Notes: a model not told the origin generated them from the letters alone. Shown: positions 1 through 11,617, numbered from the stretch's first letter. The stretch is DNA of 64,000 bases from Candidatus Neptunichlamydia sp. (GCA_965233865.1 OZ247587.1:1248001-1312000); one strand, 5' to 3'. Program-made: numbers and translations.

Positions 1-1
1 A

Positions 2-907
2 AGGCAGATCGATTTTCGTGTAAGTACCGTACCCGTTGTTTATGGAGAACGGATTGTTCTTCGAATTCTTGATAAGAGCAACATTGTCTTAGGCCTTGAT
101 AAGATTGGAATGGAAGAAGAAACCTTAAAAAACTTTCAAAAATATATCCATCAAAACCAAGGAATTGTTCTTGTTACAGGCCCAACAGGAAGTGGAAAGA
201 CGACGACTCTATATAGTGCAATCAATGAGATTCACTCGCAAGAAATCAATGTGATGACCATCGAAGATCCCGTTGAGTATAAACTTGCAGGAATAGCACA
301 AATTGGGGTGAATCCAAAAATTGATCTTACCTTTGCAAAAGGGCTCCGACATATTTTAAGGCAAGACCCTGATGTGATAATGATAGGAGAAATTCGAGAT
401 AAAGAAACCGCAGAAATTGCCATTCAATCTTCACTTACTGGTCATTTAGTTTTAAGTACACTGCATACCAATGATGCGCCTTCAGCGCTTACACGACTGG
501 TTGATATGGGAATTGAACCCTACCTTCTTTCTTCTTCAGTGCTTGCTATCCTGGCGCAACGACTCGTTCGCCGTATCTGCGATGGATGCAAAGAAACCTA
601 TATGCCCTCCTCTCAAGAACTCGAGGATTTGCAACTGAAGAAAGGAAAACTCTATAGGGGCAAAGGATGCAATGCTTGCTTTGGTTCCGGCTATCGGGGA
701 CGAGTGGGAATTTATGAACTTTTGCCAGTTACGGGTCCGATCAAACAGCAACTTCTTCTAAGTGCGGATGCAAATGCGTTGCAGAAAATTGCAACAGAAC
801 TAGGAATGGTATCTCTCCGCTCTGAAGGAGGGAAACTAGCGCAAGAAGGCATGACAACCACTGCTGAAGTCCTGCGGGTCACCCGGCAATTAGAACTTTA
901 TAATTAG
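2..907 (+). CDS. gspE: Type II secretion ATPase GspE (5' partial)
   Basis: Frame is open from the window start ([24 protein letters not shown]). Walker [45 protein letters not shown]. Confidence 0.95.
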   Translation, partial: RQIDFRVSTVPVVYGERIVLRILDKSNIVLGLDKIGMEEETLKNFQKYIHQNQGIVLVTGPTGSGKTTTLYSAINEIHSQEINVMTIEDPVEYKLAGIAQIGVNPKIDLTFAKGLRHILRQDPDVIMIGEIRDKETAEIAIQSSLTGHLVLSTLHTNDAPSALTRLVDMGIEPYLLSSSVLAILAQRLVRRICDGCKETYMPSSQELEDLQLKKGKLYRGKGCNACFGSGYRGRVGIYELLPVTGPIKQQLLLSADANALQKIATELGMVSLRSEGGKLAQEGMTTTAEVLRVTRQLELYN

Positions 908-919
908 TGAGATAGGCTC

Positions 920-2101
920 ATGGCACTCTATCAATATACAGCACTTTCTGGAGAAGGGCGGCGCAAAATGGGAATGGTCAACGCTGATTCGATCGAGCTC
1001 GCTAAAGAACGTCTTCGGAAGCAGCAAATTCTTGTTACAAAATTGGTTTCCTACACAAAAAGAGGAGACCAAATGTCTCTTCCTTCAGCGCTGTTAGTCG
1101 GATTTACAAGAGATCTTCATGTCTTCCTTAGAGCAGGGCTTCCTCTCTATGATAGTCTCCTAACCCTGGAAGAAAAATATCGTCGCACTAAGCTCCATCC
1201 CATTTTCCTCGATTTATGTGATCAGGTAAAAGAAGGGCGCCTTTTTTCAGAAGCTCTCAAAGATTACCCTAAGATTTTTGATCCTGTTTATCTCTCTTTG
1301 ATCAGAGCTGGAGAAGAATCTGGATCCTTGCAACAAAGTTTTGCAGAGCTTGAAAAATTGATAGGTCGAGAACAAGCACTAAAGAAAAAACTCTCCTCTG
1401 CTATGATTTATCCCGCCTTTTTAGGCGTTTTTTGTCTCACAGTTATTTCTGTTCTCCTCTTTTTTCTTATTCCCTCGATGAGCGAACTGTTTGAAGAGAG
1501 ACAACTTCATCCGATGACAGAAGCTGTTCTAGCGCTTAGCCATTTCTTGAATGCGCACTTCTTCCTTCTTTTCGTGACAGGTGCTGCTGCCCTACTATTC
1601 TTTCTTTTTTTCTTCCGCCATCCCAAGGGCCTAGAAAAAGTGAAACGGGCCATGCTCCATGTTCCCATTGTCAAGCGGCTTTTCATCGAAACCATTATGG
1701 CACGTTTTTGCCGCGTTTTTTCCATCCTTTTTAATGGGGGCGTATCGATGATTGAATGTCTTCGCCTTGCAAAGAAAGTGATGAAGCATCCCTCATTTGA
1801 AGCGATTGTGACCGAGGCAGAGAAAAAAGTTCTTGAAGGGCGGCGCTTATCCGAAGAGTTTCAAAAATCCCCGCTGATCCCTACCCTTGTTGTTAGAATG
1901 CTCTCAATCAGCGAAGAGTCAGGTCGGGTTGCCGAGATGATGAACCATCTCTCAGATATTTACGAAGAAGATATTGAAAGAAGTTTAACACGCCTGACCT
2001 CATTTGTTCAGCCGGTGATGCTTCTTTTTTTAGGTGTAGTGGTTGCAGTGATCCTTTTAGCGGTCCTTCTTCCCCTTACCGACGTCAGTTCAATTTTATA
2101 A
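920..2101 (+). CDS. gspF: Type II secretion inner-membrane protein GspF
   Basis: AGEESGSL, SAMIYP and EESGRV...QPVM motifs, three TM segments; follows gspE. Confidence 0.93.
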   Translation: MALYQYTALSGEGRRKMGMVNADSIELAKERLRKQQILVTKLVSYTKRGDQMSLPSALLVGFTRDLHVFLRAGLPLYDSLLTLEEKYRRTKLHPIFLDLCDQVKEGRLFSEALKDYPKIFDPVYLSLIRAGEESGSLQQSFAELEKLIGREQALKKKLSSAMIYPAFLGVFCLTVISVLLFFLIPSMSELFEERQLHPMTEAVLALSHFLNAHFFLLFVTGAAALLFFLFFFRHPKGLEKVKRAMLHVPIVKRLFIETIMARFCRVFSILFNGGVSMIECLRLAKKVMKHPSFEAIVTEAEKKVLEGRRLSEEFQKSPLIPTLVVRMLSISEESGRVAEMMNHLSDIYEEDIERSLTRLTSFVQPVMLLFLGVVVAVILLAVLLPLTDVSSIL

Positions 2102-2113
2102 TAAGGAAAAACC

Positions 2114-2521
2114 ATGAAAAAAAAATATGCAATGACCCTCCTTGAAATCATGATTGTAATTTTCATCATCGGTATTATCGGAAGCGTGATTGGTTACAAT
2201 ATGCAAGGAAGTCTAGATAAAGGAAAAGCGTTTAAAACAAAAGAAGGAGTGAACAAGATTTATGAGATTGTCCAGTTGGAAGAAGCTCAAGGAACTCTTC
2301 TGAATCCTGATAATTTTGAATTATCTGTTAAGAACTTACTCATAAATTCTGGGCTTGTTCGAAAGCCTTCTGATTTGATGAAAGATGGTTGGGGAAATTC
2401 CTATAAATATAAGATTGAGAATAAAGAGCTTCATGTGACTTCAGACAAATATGAGAATTATTGTGAGGTCAAAGGAATTAAAGATAAGTATCCATGGGAC
2501 AACGACGCAGCTTCACGCTAA
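2114..2521 (+). CDS. Pseudopilin (GspG-like)
   Basis: Prepilin-like N-terminus MTLLEIMIVIFIIG and DGWGNSY motif; in gsp operon. Confidence 0.8.
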   Translation: MKKKYAMTLLEIMIVIFIIGIIGSVIGYNMQGSLDKGKAFKTKEGVNKIYEIVQLEEAQGTLLNPDNFELSVKNLLINSGLVRKPSDLMKDGWGNSYKYKIENKELHVTSDKYENYCEVKGIKDKYPWDNDAASR

Positions 2522-2955
2522 TAGAGCTTTTCCTCACACTTGGTTTGATTGCCATGGTGGGAAGTACTTTTCTCATTCAGGCAAAGCCTATGCTTGATCG
2601 GTATCATTTTCGCCAAGGAGTCTCAAAGCTTGAACGAGAGATTTTGTTTTCAAAACGCCTCTCTGAGGCGGCCCATGCAGACATCGAGTTTCAGATTAAA
2701 GAAACTAAGAAAGGGTTAGAGTGCAAGAGGTTAACCGATGAACCGCTCAAGCTTCACCGCACCATAGATACAGGGATCAAAATCCCCCACCTTCATTTAG
2801 AGAAAAGGGGAAACCTTTCTGTGACCTTTACCGCTTCAGGGGCATTGATAGGTGAAAATCAGTTTACTGTTTCGAATAACAAAGAAAAGTGGGTCGTGCA
2901 AGTACCAGCCCATTCGATTCAGAAAAAACAATATGAATCCTCTGAGGGTGAATGA
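2494..2955 (+). CDS. Minor pseudopilin-like protein
   Basis: SFTLIEL prepilin motif; overlaps the previous gene. Confidence 0.7.
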   Translation: MGQRRSFTLIELFLTLGLIAMVGSTFLIQAKPMLDRYHFRQGVSKLEREILFSKRLSEAAHADIEFQIKETKKGLECKRLTDEPLKLHRTIDTGIKIPHLHLEKRGNLSVTFTASGALIGENQFTVSNNKEKWVVQVPAHSIQKKQYESSEGE

Positions 2956-2982
2956 CATCATTTTTTTTAATGAGGTGAAAAT

Positions 2983-3621
2983 ATGAAAAACCCCTTAACC
3001 AACCTTCCAATACGTGATTTTTCTATCTACAAGTCATCTGAATGTGGTTCTCGATTTAGATTTTATGCCAATAAGAAAGAAATATTAAAAAATTGCAACT
3101 TTTTCCCTATCGTTTGGAGTCACCCAGATTGCTCAGTTCAAAATCAGATTGCTCTCATGTTAAGATATGCTGATGCTCATAGAGAAGTCGATCCACAGAA
3201 ATCAATTAAAACCTATGAAAAAGCCCATAAAATTGGAAGCTTAGATGCTAGAGTTGGTCTTTTTGAGGTGCATAAAAAGCTTGGAGATACTGATAAATCT
3301 CTTTTCTGGGCAGAGAGAACCGTAAATCAGGTGGATAATCCTTCTCTCCAAAATATATTCTTTTGTGCTTCAGAATTTAGGAAGGCGGGAAGATAGGAAA
3401 AAGCTTATAGTTACTATTTAAAGGCGGCCAATCAGAGTAACTATTGGGGCTATTTAGAAGTGATTAAAAGGAGAGAAAGAGGGGTAGGTGTAGAGAAAAA
3501 TTTACACAAGGCAAGGAAATGGAGGAAGAAACTTCCTAAAGGTTTTGTGAAAAAACGTATGTCATATTTTGGAGCGTATCTGAAGTCCATTGGTTATCAA
3601 GTGACCAATAAAACTTGGTAG
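2983..3621 (+). pseudogene. Sel1/TPR-like repeat protein with internal stop
   Basis: After TAG at 3394-3396 the same frame continues EKAYSYYLKAANQ...GVGVEKNLHKARKW (Sel1-like) to TAG at 3619-3621. Confidence 0.65.
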
Positions 3622-3674
3622 AGTTCTCTAATTGCAAGCAAGAGATTTTCTCCAAACTCCTTTAAACCGGATCA

Positions 3675-4619
3675 TCATTCATCCTCATTGGGGGTAAGTG
3701 GAGGGAGTATAACAACATCTAAAAGATTATCAAGATTTCCAGTACAAAGACGTGCTTCAATTTCCGCGGAAACACATCCTTCTTTTAGGATTTCTATTTT
3801 GGTGACAATTGCAACAGGAATGTCTTTTGGAAACACCCCATCCATTCCAGTTGTCACAAGCAAGTCCCCTACATCCATCAAAGAAAGCCTTTCTTCCTTA
3901 TTTAATTGATCAAGAGGCCTTCCGCTCCTAAGCTCTCTTGCTGGTCCCTCTTCATCTCCAAAATCGTAGTTAAATCCGATTCCCTTTAAAATTTCAGAGC
4001 GCCCTCTCCAAAGAGCAGAACTACTTCCATAAAGCTCTCCCTTTGCTAAATATTCTCCCTCTCGAGCAACTCTAACAGAGGGGGTTAACGAAGAATCTGT
4101 TAATAACCGCACACGACTCCGATGTTTTCCAACATACTCCACCAAGCCAATTAAGTTTTCTCCTTTTAGAACCGGGCTATTGAGCTCAATTTCTTTTTCA
4201 CCCAAGTTAATCCACACAGTTGCATTCCAATTTGCTACTTCGCGGTAAACCACTTCTGCGAATCGGAAAGACAACTCTCTTTCAAGACTCTCTTCAGCAG
4301 CTTTTTTTCTTCTGCTATAAAAACCTGAAATTTTTTTCTCATCGAGTGCAATGAGTTCTTTGACCCGCTTGATTCGAACGCTAATCCTTTCTTCAGAAAG
4401 GAGACGTCGGCGGAGAATGCTGTTTTGATTTTTTAATAAAAGAAGTTCTGCTTGAAGCTCTTCGATATCGCTAGTACTCGTATGAACAAAAACTTTTGAG
4501 CCAACGGCTGCTCCTGTTGCCGCTGTTCGAACCTCTTCAACAATCCCTTTAGGAATATAGAAAAGTCCCAATAAAACAAGCCCTAGGATAATGTAGGAGC
4601 GATAGCTTTTTTCTCTCAT
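3675..4619 (-). CDS. mreC: Rod shape-determining protein MreC
   Basis: N-terminal TM plus coiled coil; GDLLVTTGMDGVFPKDIPVAIV motif. Confidence 0.85.
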   Translation of the reverse strand: MREKSYRSYIILGLVLLGLFYIPKGIVEEVRTAATGAAVGSKVFVHTSTSDIEELQAELLLLKNQNSILRRRLLSEERISVRIKRVKELIALDEKKISGFYSRRKKAAEESLERELSFRFAEVVYREVANWNATVWINLGEKEIELNSPVLKGENLIGLVEYVGKHRSRVRLLTDSSLTPSVRVAREGEYLAKGELYGSSSALWRGRSEILKGIGFNYDFGDEEGPARELRSGRPLDQLNKEERLSLMDVGDLLVTTGMDGVFPKDIPVAIVTKIEILKEGCVSAEIEARLCTGNLDNLLDVVILPPLTPNEDE

Positions 4620-5812
4620 CCCATCGTTTTTACAATTGCTTCCATGACATAGGTAATGTTTTCTTCTGATAAACCGGTTAAATTAACCCGTCCACTCCGA
4701 GCCAAATAGACCCCATATTCACCAATCATTCGATCAACTTGCTCTGGGGAGATCCCTAGCATTGAAAATAACCCATGCCGTCTTTTTAAAAACCCGAAGC
4801 TATCTTTTCCAAACTGCCCAGACAGGGCGTCATATAAAATGCACCTCATCTCTTCAGCCCGCTTACGCATCTGGTCAACCTCTCCTCGCCACAATTCAGA
4901 AAGGCCCCTATCTTGGAGCACAGTTGCGACAATTCCTGCCCCATGCTTTGGGGGATTTGAGTAGGCGACTCGCGCCACTCCTTTGACAACAGAGGAGGAG
5001 TTTTGAACGAGCTGCTCGTTCTTAGCAAGGACCGACAACAAGCCAATCCTTTCCCCATACAGCCCAAAGTTCTTTGAGTAGGAGGACGCAACAAACATTT
5101 CGTGCCCTTGCTCTGCAAAGTACCGAATTGGCCAAGCGTCTTCCTCTAGCCCTCGGCCAAAGCCCTGATAAGCAAAATCAAAGAGAGGGACAAGCTTCTT
5201 TCTATGGATGAGCGCTGAAATCTCTTTCCATTGCGCCTGCGAGGGATCGCATCCCGTTGGGTTGTGACAACAGGCATGAAGAACCACCAAACTATTTTCA
5301 GGGGCTTCTGATAAAGCATTCAGTAGACATTCAAAATCAAGTATATGATTTTTCTTGTCGTAATAAGGGTATTTCTTTACTTCCAATCCACATGCTTCGA
5401 ATATACCAACATGGTTGGGCCACGTAGGATCAGAAACATATGCCGTTTTTGTCACTTCGAGAGACAAAAATTCCCCAGCTAACCGGAGAGCTCCCGTTCC
5501 ACCAATAGATTGTACTCCAAAAAGCGTTCCTCGTGCATCCTTGCAAAAGGTCTCTCCAAAAATGAGTTTTTGAGCCTCCTTGACAAAGGTATCACTTCCT
5601 CCCATAGGCAAATAAGTCTTATCCACTTCAAGTTTCATCAAAACCTTTTCTGCCTCTTTGACAGAGCGTAGAGTGCGTGTTTTGAGATCATTATCGCGAA
5701 AAACCCCTACTGTCAGATCGATTTTCTTTGGATTTTTATCTTTCTTAAACCGGGCAGCCAGCCCAAAAATGGGATCTGGGGGATAGGGTTCTATTTTTTC
5801 AAAAATACTCAT
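4616..5812 (-). CDS. aspC: Aspartate/aromatic amino acid aminotransferase
   Basis: PPDPIFGL, HACCHNPTG, FDFAYQGF and SYSKNFGLYGERIG (PLP lysine). Confidence 0.93.
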   Translation of the reverse strand: MSIFEKIEPYPPDPIFGLAARFKKDKNPKKIDLTVGVFRDNDLKTRTLRSVKEAEKVLMKLEVDKTYLPMGGSDTFVKEAQKLIFGETFCKDARGTLFGVQSIGGTGALRLAGEFLSLEVTKTAYVSDPTWPNHVGIFEACGLEVKKYPYYDKKNHILDFECLLNALSEAPENSLVVLHACCHNPTGCDPSQAQWKEISALIHRKKLVPLFDFAYQGFGRGLEEDAWPIRYFAEQGHEMFVASSYSKNFGLYGERIGLLSVLAKNEQLVQNSSSVVKGVARVAYSNPPKHGAGIVATVLQDRGLSELWRGEVDQMRKRAEEMRCILYDALSGQFGKDSFGFLKRRHGLFSMLGISPEQVDRMIGEYGVYLARSGRVNLTGLSEENITYVMEAIVKTMG

Positions 5813-5879
5813 AAGCGCTCATCATAACAAGTGATTGAAAAAAACTCTCGAAGAATTTATAATTAAGCTCATTTCTCGT

Positions 5880-5952
5880 GGGGCGTTAGCTCAGTTGGTA
5901 GAGCGCAACAATGGCATTGTTGAGGTCAACGGTTCGACCCCGTTACGCTCCA
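5880..5952 (+). tRNA. tRNA-Ala(GGC)
   Basis: GGGGCGT acceptor; anticodon arm CAACA-ATGGCAT-TGTTG; T-loop GGTTCGA. Confidence 0.95.
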
Positions 5953-5988
5953 AAATTCACCACAAGAGACCCCCTATGCTATCATCTT

Positions 5989-6996
5989 TTAAAACTCAAT
6001 ACCAAGATGACCGGTAACACCATAAAAAGTTAGGTCGTCGGCCTGGCGAGCAATTTTAAGCCTTCCTCGACCCGTATCTTCCATTGTCACCATTTGATTT
6101 TGACGCCAATAGTAATCTGCTTCATATGCAAGAGAGATAAAAATTTGAGCTCCACCTATAGGGAAATCTTTATTCAAGCCGAAGGTGAAGGAAAGGTTGG
6201 GGGAGAAAAGGTGAGCATCTCCCTTAATTTTAATGGGAATTTCTGTATGTTTGACCTCAAAATCTCCATAAAGCAGTGCCCCTTTGACGTTCCCAAAAAA
6301 GCTAAACCCTGAAAAAAGGTGACAGTTCATATTCATTCCAAGCTGAGGCCCCACTCCTTTAAATCGGCAACGGTCTTTCACCTTCGTAAGGTCTTGTTGA
6401 AATGCGCTATATGTCACCCATTGCTTTTGGTCAATCCACGCTTGTTTAACACCTAAACTAGATCCTAATCCCAGAAGGCTTCCTAAAAATGAGTTCCTCT
6501 TTAGCTCAAGAGAAACCGCGTCATAGTCAATATCATAAGAAGATTTTATGCTCTGGTTGAAGACAAAAAAGCTTCCCCGCAAATTTACAAGAAGAGAAGG
6601 AGGAATGATTCCGCGCCCTTCCGTATCGTGAGCCCCAAAATGGGTATAGGTACCCAAAACTTCCCACTTCACAATCGGAAGAAAAACCCCTACCCCAAGG
6701 CGGTATCCAAGATCCCAGTCAAAACTTTGGCTTTCCTCTTTCCTCTTTCCACTCGCTAGACTATAGACATACTCAGTGCCCCCCACTTTTGCATGCCAAT
6801 AAAGAGGGCCCCCAAACAACTCAATACCAATCCATCCTCTTTCAAATGTGGCATTTGCAATCTGGGATCCATAATCACTACTAGGGGGGTGTGTCCCGAT
6901 ATTCCCCATTTGCTGCTCTAAAACACCCACCCGTGTTTCCATTTTCTCAGCAAACAAGGGAAAAGTGCAAAATATGCCGACAATCATCCATTTCAT
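5989..6996 (-). CDS. Outer-membrane beta-barrel / MOMP-like porin
   Basis: Signal peptide, amphipathic beta strands (FDWDLGYRLGVG, FKGVGPQLG), C-terminal Phe. Confidence 0.75.
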   Translation of the reverse strand: MKWMIVGIFCTFPLFAEKMETRVGVLEQQMGNIGTHPPSSDYGSQIANATFERGWIGIELFGGPLYWHAKVGGTEYVYSLASGKRKEESQSFDWDLGYRLGVGVFLPIVKWEVLGTYTHFGAHDTEGRGIIPPSLLVNLRGSFFVFNQSIKSSYDIDYDAVSLELKRNSFLGSLLGLGSSLGVKQAWIDQKQWVTYSAFQQDLTKVKDRCRFKGVGPQLGMNMNCHLFSGFSFFGNVKGALLYGDFEVKHTEIPIKIKGDAHLFSPNLSFTFGLNKDFPIGGAQIFISLAYEADYYWRQNQMVTMEDTGRGRLKIARQADDLTFYGVTGHLGIEF

Positions 6997-7089
6997 GGAA
7001 ATAAATTACCATGGCTTGCTCAAATTCACAATCGATTCTTCTTGCATCAATTGTTTAAATTTTTTACTCAATTATTAAAAAGGTGATCA

Positions 7090-7621
7090 ATGAATTTTCT
7101 TAACATCGACCCAAAAATTGTTTTTCGCTGGGATTACTTAAAATTTCTTTCTGTAGCAAACAACATCCATGTGCAAACAATTGTTGAGGTCGGAACGTGG
7201 GATGGGGAAAATGCTAAAAAACTAATACCTCATTGACCCCTATCACCCAACTCCCACTTACCTTCAAAAAGGAAACCCCACTTCTTTTAATCCAAAAGAT
7301 TATGAAAACAATTATAAAAAAGTTTGTAAACACTTTGAAAATGACTCGAAAACAACTATACTAAAAGCGACTTCCACGGAAGGAGCATTTCTAGTTCCGG
7401 ATGATATTGATCTCGTGTTCATTGATGGAGACCACAGCTACAAGCACGTAAAACAAGACATTCTAACATGGAAGCCAAAAATTCGTGCTGGAGGGCTTCT
7501 CACAGAGCATGACTATAGCTTGTTTTTTCCAGATGTTATGAAAGCTGTTAATGATTGTCTTCCAAATAAATTTGTCGTCGGAAAAGATTCTGTCTGGGCT
7601 GTGATCACATCAGGTGTTTAG
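7090..7621 (+). pseudogene. Class I SAM methyltransferase, frameshifted
   Basis: First frame has IVEVGTWDG and stops near 7237; another frame continues LIDPY...VFIDGDHSY...GGLLTEHDY. Confidence 0.75.
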
Positions 7622-8585
7622 CATAATAAATTGTCCCCAAAAGAGCAGTCCTATCATTGAGAACAACACGAATGGGAATTGCTTCAAGGAGAGACCCAAA
7701 CCGTCCCTTTCCTGTGAACGATCGGAGAAAATCTCCTCTCTTCAACACTCCCATAATTTTTGGCGCTATTCCCCCGCCGATATAAACCCCGCCCAGCGCA
7801 AGCATTTTTAATGCGACATTCCCCGCCTCAGCTCCGTAGATAGACACGAAAAGCTCTAGCGTTTCTGCGCATGCTTTCGACGAGCCACTGAGCCCTTTTT
7901 CTGAAATAAGAAGAGGAGAGTCTCCCGATGCAATCTCCTTATAAATCTCTTCCTTTTCCACTACTTGCTTTGTCTCCACCATGAATTGATAGAGGTTGTA
8001 AAGCCCGGGACCAGAAAGAATTCTTTCGTAGGAAACATGACCAAACTTTTCTCTCAAATAGCGAAGAAGAGCATCCTCCCTTTCATTCCTTGGGGCAAAG
8101 TCTGTGTGCCCCCCTTCGCAGGCAAAGGGATAGTGACGTCGTCCATCGAAAAAAACACCAGCTTCCCCTAAACCCGTTCCAGCTGAAACCATTGCCTGGT
8201 TTCCCTCTGCGCGGGGATCTCCTTCATTGATCGTATAAAACTCATCATCCTTAAGCATGTTCAATCCATAGACGTTGGCTTCTAAGTCATTAATCATGGA
8301 AACCTTGTCGATTGAGAGTTCTCTTTTCAGTTGGTCTATATCCACAAGCCAAGGAAGATTTGTTGCTTGACTTTTTCCTTTTTTAACAGGCCCTGCAATG
8401 CCAAAGCAGGCTTTAGAAATATGAACCGTTTCTCCCTTTAGAAATTCTTTCACAATAGTTCGAAGGTTAGGGTATTTCTGGCTAGGAAACTTCTCTTCTT
8501 TTACACACTCTACCTTTCCCTTTTCTTCAAGATAAAGGGCTAAGTGGGTTTTTGTTCCGCCTATGTCTCCTACTAAATAAGTCAT
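7605..8585 (-). CDS. glk: Glucokinase
   Basis: LVGDIGGT, INDLEA, AGTGLGEA, EGGHTDF, ERILSGPGL. Confidence 0.95.
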   Translation of the reverse strand: MTYLVGDIGGTKTHLALYLEEKGKVECVKEEKFPSQKYPNLRTIVKEFLKGETVHISKACFGIAGPVKKGKSQATNLPWLVDIDQLKRELSIDKVSMINDLEANVYGLNMLKDDEFYTINEGDPRAEGNQAMVSAGTGLGEAGVFFDGRRHYPFACEGGHTDFAPRNEREDALLRYLREKFGHVSYERILSGPGLYNLYQFMVETKQVVEKEEIYKEIASGDSPLLISEKGLSGSSKACAETLELFVSIYGAEAGNVALKMLALGGVYIGGGIAPKIMGVLKRGDFLRSFTGKGRFGSLLEAIPIRVVLNDRTALLGTIYYAKHLM

Positions 8586-8681
8586 TTCTTTTTCTTATCA
8601 TGATGGCGAAATTTTAACCATGATTCTAATCGCAAAAGTGTGTATATTGAGAAGAAATGAATTTAAGTGTAAGGACCTACC

Positions 8682-9719
8682 ATGTCAAACTCAAGTGATG
8701 CTGCAAAGAAAAAAGCGTTGGAACTTGCTGTATCTCATATTGTAAAGCAATTTGGGGCCGGATCTATTATGTCTCTCGGAGACCACTCCGCAAGCCACGA
8801 AATCAGTTCAATTAAAACCGGCGCAATTTCTCTTGATCTTGCTCTAGGAATTGGGGGAGTCCCTCGAGGAAGAGTTGTTGAAATTTATGGTCCTGAGTCT
8901 TCAGGAAAATCAACGCTCGCTACACATATTGTCGCAAGCTGCCAAAAAGAAGGAGGTATTGCTGCCTACATCGATGCAGAGCATGCAATGGATCCTTCTT
9001 ATGCAGCAAAAATTGGGGTAAACATTGATGATCTTATGATTTCTCAGCCTGACTGCGGAGAAGACGCTCTTAATATTGCAGAAATGCTAGCACGCTCGAA
9101 CGCTGTTGATGTGATTGTCATTGATTCGGTTGCAGCTCTCGTTCCAAAATCTGAGCTTGAAGGAGAGATTGGGGATACTCACGTAGGACTCCAAGCCCGC
9201 CTTATGTCGCAAGCCCTTCGAAAACTTACATCATCTCTTGCAAAAAGTGGCACCTGCGCTGTTTTTATTAACCAAATCCGTGAAAAAATTGGGGTTATGT
9301 TTGGAAACCCTGAAACAACATCTGGTGGCCGTGCCCTAAAATTCTATTCTTCTGTTCGCTTAGACATCCGTCGAACTGGAAGCATTAAAGGTCCAGAAAA
9401 TGTTGATATTGGAAACCGTGTAAAAGTGAAAATCGTTAAAAATAAAATGGCTCCTCCATTTAGAATTGCTGAGTTTGACATCCTCTTTAACGAAGGCATT
9501 TCTCGCACAGGATCGATCATTGATCTTGGTGTTGAACATAACATTATCGACAAGAAAGGAACTTGGTACAGCTATGGAGATAAACGCCTAGGTCAGGGTA
9601 AGGAAGCGACGCGCGAAGAGCTTAAGAAAAACCCAGAGATGACGGATGAAATTGAACGTCTCATCATGGAAAAAGTTCAGGATGTTCCAAAAGGAAAACC
9701 TGCCTTAGCAGCGAAGTAA
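8682..9719 (+). CDS. recA: Recombinase A
   Basis: [43 protein letters not shown]. Confidence 0.99.
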   Translation: MSNSSDAAKKKALELAVSHIVKQFGAGSIMSLGDHSASHEISSIKTGAISLDLALGIGGVPRGRVVEIYGPESSGKSTLATHIVASCQKEGGIAAYIDAEHAMDPSYAAKIGVNIDDLMISQPDCGEDALNIAEMLARSNAVDVIVIDSVAALVPKSELEGEIGDTHVGLQARLMSQALRKLTSSLAKSGTCAVFINQIREKIGVMFGNPETTSGGRALKFYSSVRLDIRRTGSIKGPENVDIGNRVKVKIVKNKMAPPFRIAEFDILFNEGISRTGSIIDLGVEHNIIDKKGTWYSYGDKRLGQGKEATREELKKNPEMTDEIERLIMEKVQDVPKGKPALAAK

Positions 9720-10580
9720 GTCAACCATTTGCTGAAACTCGGGAACCCACATCCCGAGTTTTTTCATTTTAAGAGTGAATGTTTTGACCTCTTCCTCTAA
9801 TCGACGCTCTGCATCTTCTTTTCCACAGGCCTGAGCAATATTTATCGAACCTATGCCGTCTTGATCCATATCCCCTATATCATCCCAAATCTGAAAAGCC
9901 ATTCCAAAGTGGAATGCCACTTCTCGAATCTCATCTACTCTTTGAAGTTCACCTCCTCCAAAAACCCAACCATAAACAAATGCGATTTCAAAAAGAGTCA
10001 CCGTTTTTTTGTAAATCACATCAAGAATTTCTTCTATGGAGTGGTTTTTAGGAAAGATGTCCTTAAACTGCCCACCAACAGCACCAGAAATCCCCGCACA
10101 CCGCGTAGCAGCATCCAAAGAGATAGAACAAGCCTCATTTGCTCTCTTTGAAAAAGGGTCTTTTTGTTTCGATAATGACTGAACTGAGTGAAAAATCTTC
10201 TCGTACCCGGAGGAAATTAGAGCATAACTAGCTAATAGCGCAATGGTTTCTCCATGCACTTTATGTAAAGCTGGTTTACTTCTTCTGTAGTCATCGTTAT
10301 CCATACAAGGAAGATCGTCAGCAATGATTGAAGCCGTATGAAAGTATTCGACAGAAAGACAAGCCTCTAAAACATCTAAGTTATTTCCTAGAGCTCGAGC
10401 CACCACCATTACAATCAGCGGGCGAATCCTTTTTCCCCCGTTCAATAAAGCATATTCGCAAGCATCCCGTAGTTCGCTCTGGTCCCCCAGGCGAAGAATA
10501 TTTAACTCCAAAAAAGTTTCAAACGTCTTTTTAAGGGGTTTAAGAAGGCTGGCTTTAGGAGCAATCAGCTGATTTAACAT
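9705..10580 (-). CDS. ispA: Geranyltranstransferase / polyprenyl synthetase
   Basis: [26 protein letters not shown]. Confidence 0.92.
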   Translation of the reverse strand: MLNQLIAPKASLLKPLKKTFETFLELNILRLGDQSELRDACEYALLNGGKRIRPLIVMVVARALGNNLDVLEACLSVEYFHTASIIADDLPCMDNDDYRRSKPALHKVHGETIALLASYALISSGYEKIFHSVQSLSKQKDPFSKRANEACSISLDAATRCAGISGAVGGQFKDIFPKNHSIEEILDVIYKKTVTLFEIAFVYGWVFGGGELQRVDEIREVAFHFGMAFQIWDDIGDMDQDGIGSINIAQACGKEDAERRLEEEVKTFTLKMKKLGMWVPEFQQMVDLLRC

Positions 10581-11220
10581 TTTTTAGATTCCTTACATTT
10601 GATTTCTGAATCAAGCTACATGCTTTTGAAAACGTGTGCTTACGCAGCAATACACCGGGGTTAAGGACGCTATTACACCCAATCTGGGATAGATCCCCCA
10701 ATATAGCCCCAAACTTCCTTAGACCTGTCTTAAAAAGCGTTCCCTCGATTTTAACAAGGACCTCTCCATGATCCAGCCTAAAGTTTGCGCAAATCACGCC
10801 AGCACCAAGGTTAACACCTTTTCCTAAGATAGAATCTCCAACATAATTAAAATGGGGCGCTTGAGCACCATCGAGCAAAACAGAGTGCTTCATCTCAGTT
10901 GAATGGCCAATGATACATTTATTTCCAGTTAAAACATAGGGTCGAACGTAGGCCCCATGACGCACCTGAGAATCCTCCCCAATAACGCAGGGGCCCTCAA
11001 TATAGGCTCCCGGTTCAATGCGTGTTCCCTTCCCTATTGAAATCTTGTCAGGACTCACAAGTGTGACTCTCTCGGGAATAGCACACTCAATTTTTCCAAG
11101 ATCCAACGAATTAAGATATCTCTTTAGTTCTTTTAAGCTGTCCCACACTGGCAACCCTAATTTAAAAAATCCTTTGTGAGAAAAATCCTTTAGATCAAAA
11201 AAACGTTCTGGCGTAGGCAT
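10555..11220 (-). CDS. glmU: GlmU-like hexapeptide-repeat acyltransferase
   Basis: Left-handed beta-helix repeats, HFNYVGDSILG, TGLRKFGAILGD; next to ispA as in chlamydiae. Confidence 0.75.
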   Translation of the reverse strand: MPTPERFFDLKDFSHKGFFKLGLPVWDSLKELKRYLNSLDLGKIECAIPERVTLVSPDKISIGKGTRIEPGAYIEGPCVIGEDSQVRHGAYVRPYVLTGNKCIIGHSTEMKHSVLLDGAQAPHFNYVGDSILGKGVNLGAGVICANFRLDHGEVLVKIEGTLFKTGLRKFGAILGDLSQIGCNSVLNPGVLLRKHTFSKACSLIQKSNVRNLKNVKSADCS

Positions 11221-11540
11221 GCATTTAACTCATTCATTAATAAGAGAAAAAGAATAATCTATTTAAGTATTTTTCTTCATCTTCTTCCGCTGTGGATTTG
11301 TTGATAACCCCTAATTTCTATAGAGGAACCTCATTGTTCACTCGATGTTGAAGAACTGACAAAACTGATAACTATTTGAATAAACCGCTCCTGCCAACAA
11401 GTTATCATCAGTTGCTCGACAGAGCATAAACAGCATTTTCCACAGCAGCATTTTTTGACTATAATAACGTGAGTTCGATTTTGAATCTACAGATTATAAT
11501 CTTTTTAAAATAAAAATTCTAGGTTAAATCTCTCTTAAGA
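11221..11540. promoter_or_regulatory. AT-rich intergenic region with DnaA-box-like 9-mers (possible oriC)
   Basis: TGTGGATTT 11291, TGTTGATAA 11299, TTTGAATAA 11375, TTATCATCA 11402, TTTTCCACA 11436. Confidence 0.35.
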
Positions 11541-11542
11541 AA

Positions 11543-11617
11543 TCTGGGTGAGAGGATTCGAACCTCCGACCCCTTGCACCCCATGCAAGTGCGCTGGCCA
11601 AGCTGCGCTACACCCAG
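11543..11617 (-). tRNA. tRNA-Pro(GGG)
   Basis: Reverse complement reads CTGGGTG...CTTGC-ATGGGGT-GCAAG...GGTTCGAATCC...CACCCAGA. Confidence 0.95.

Noticed and set aside
5835..6017. 60-aa ORF
   Set aside because: It overlaps tRNA-Ala.
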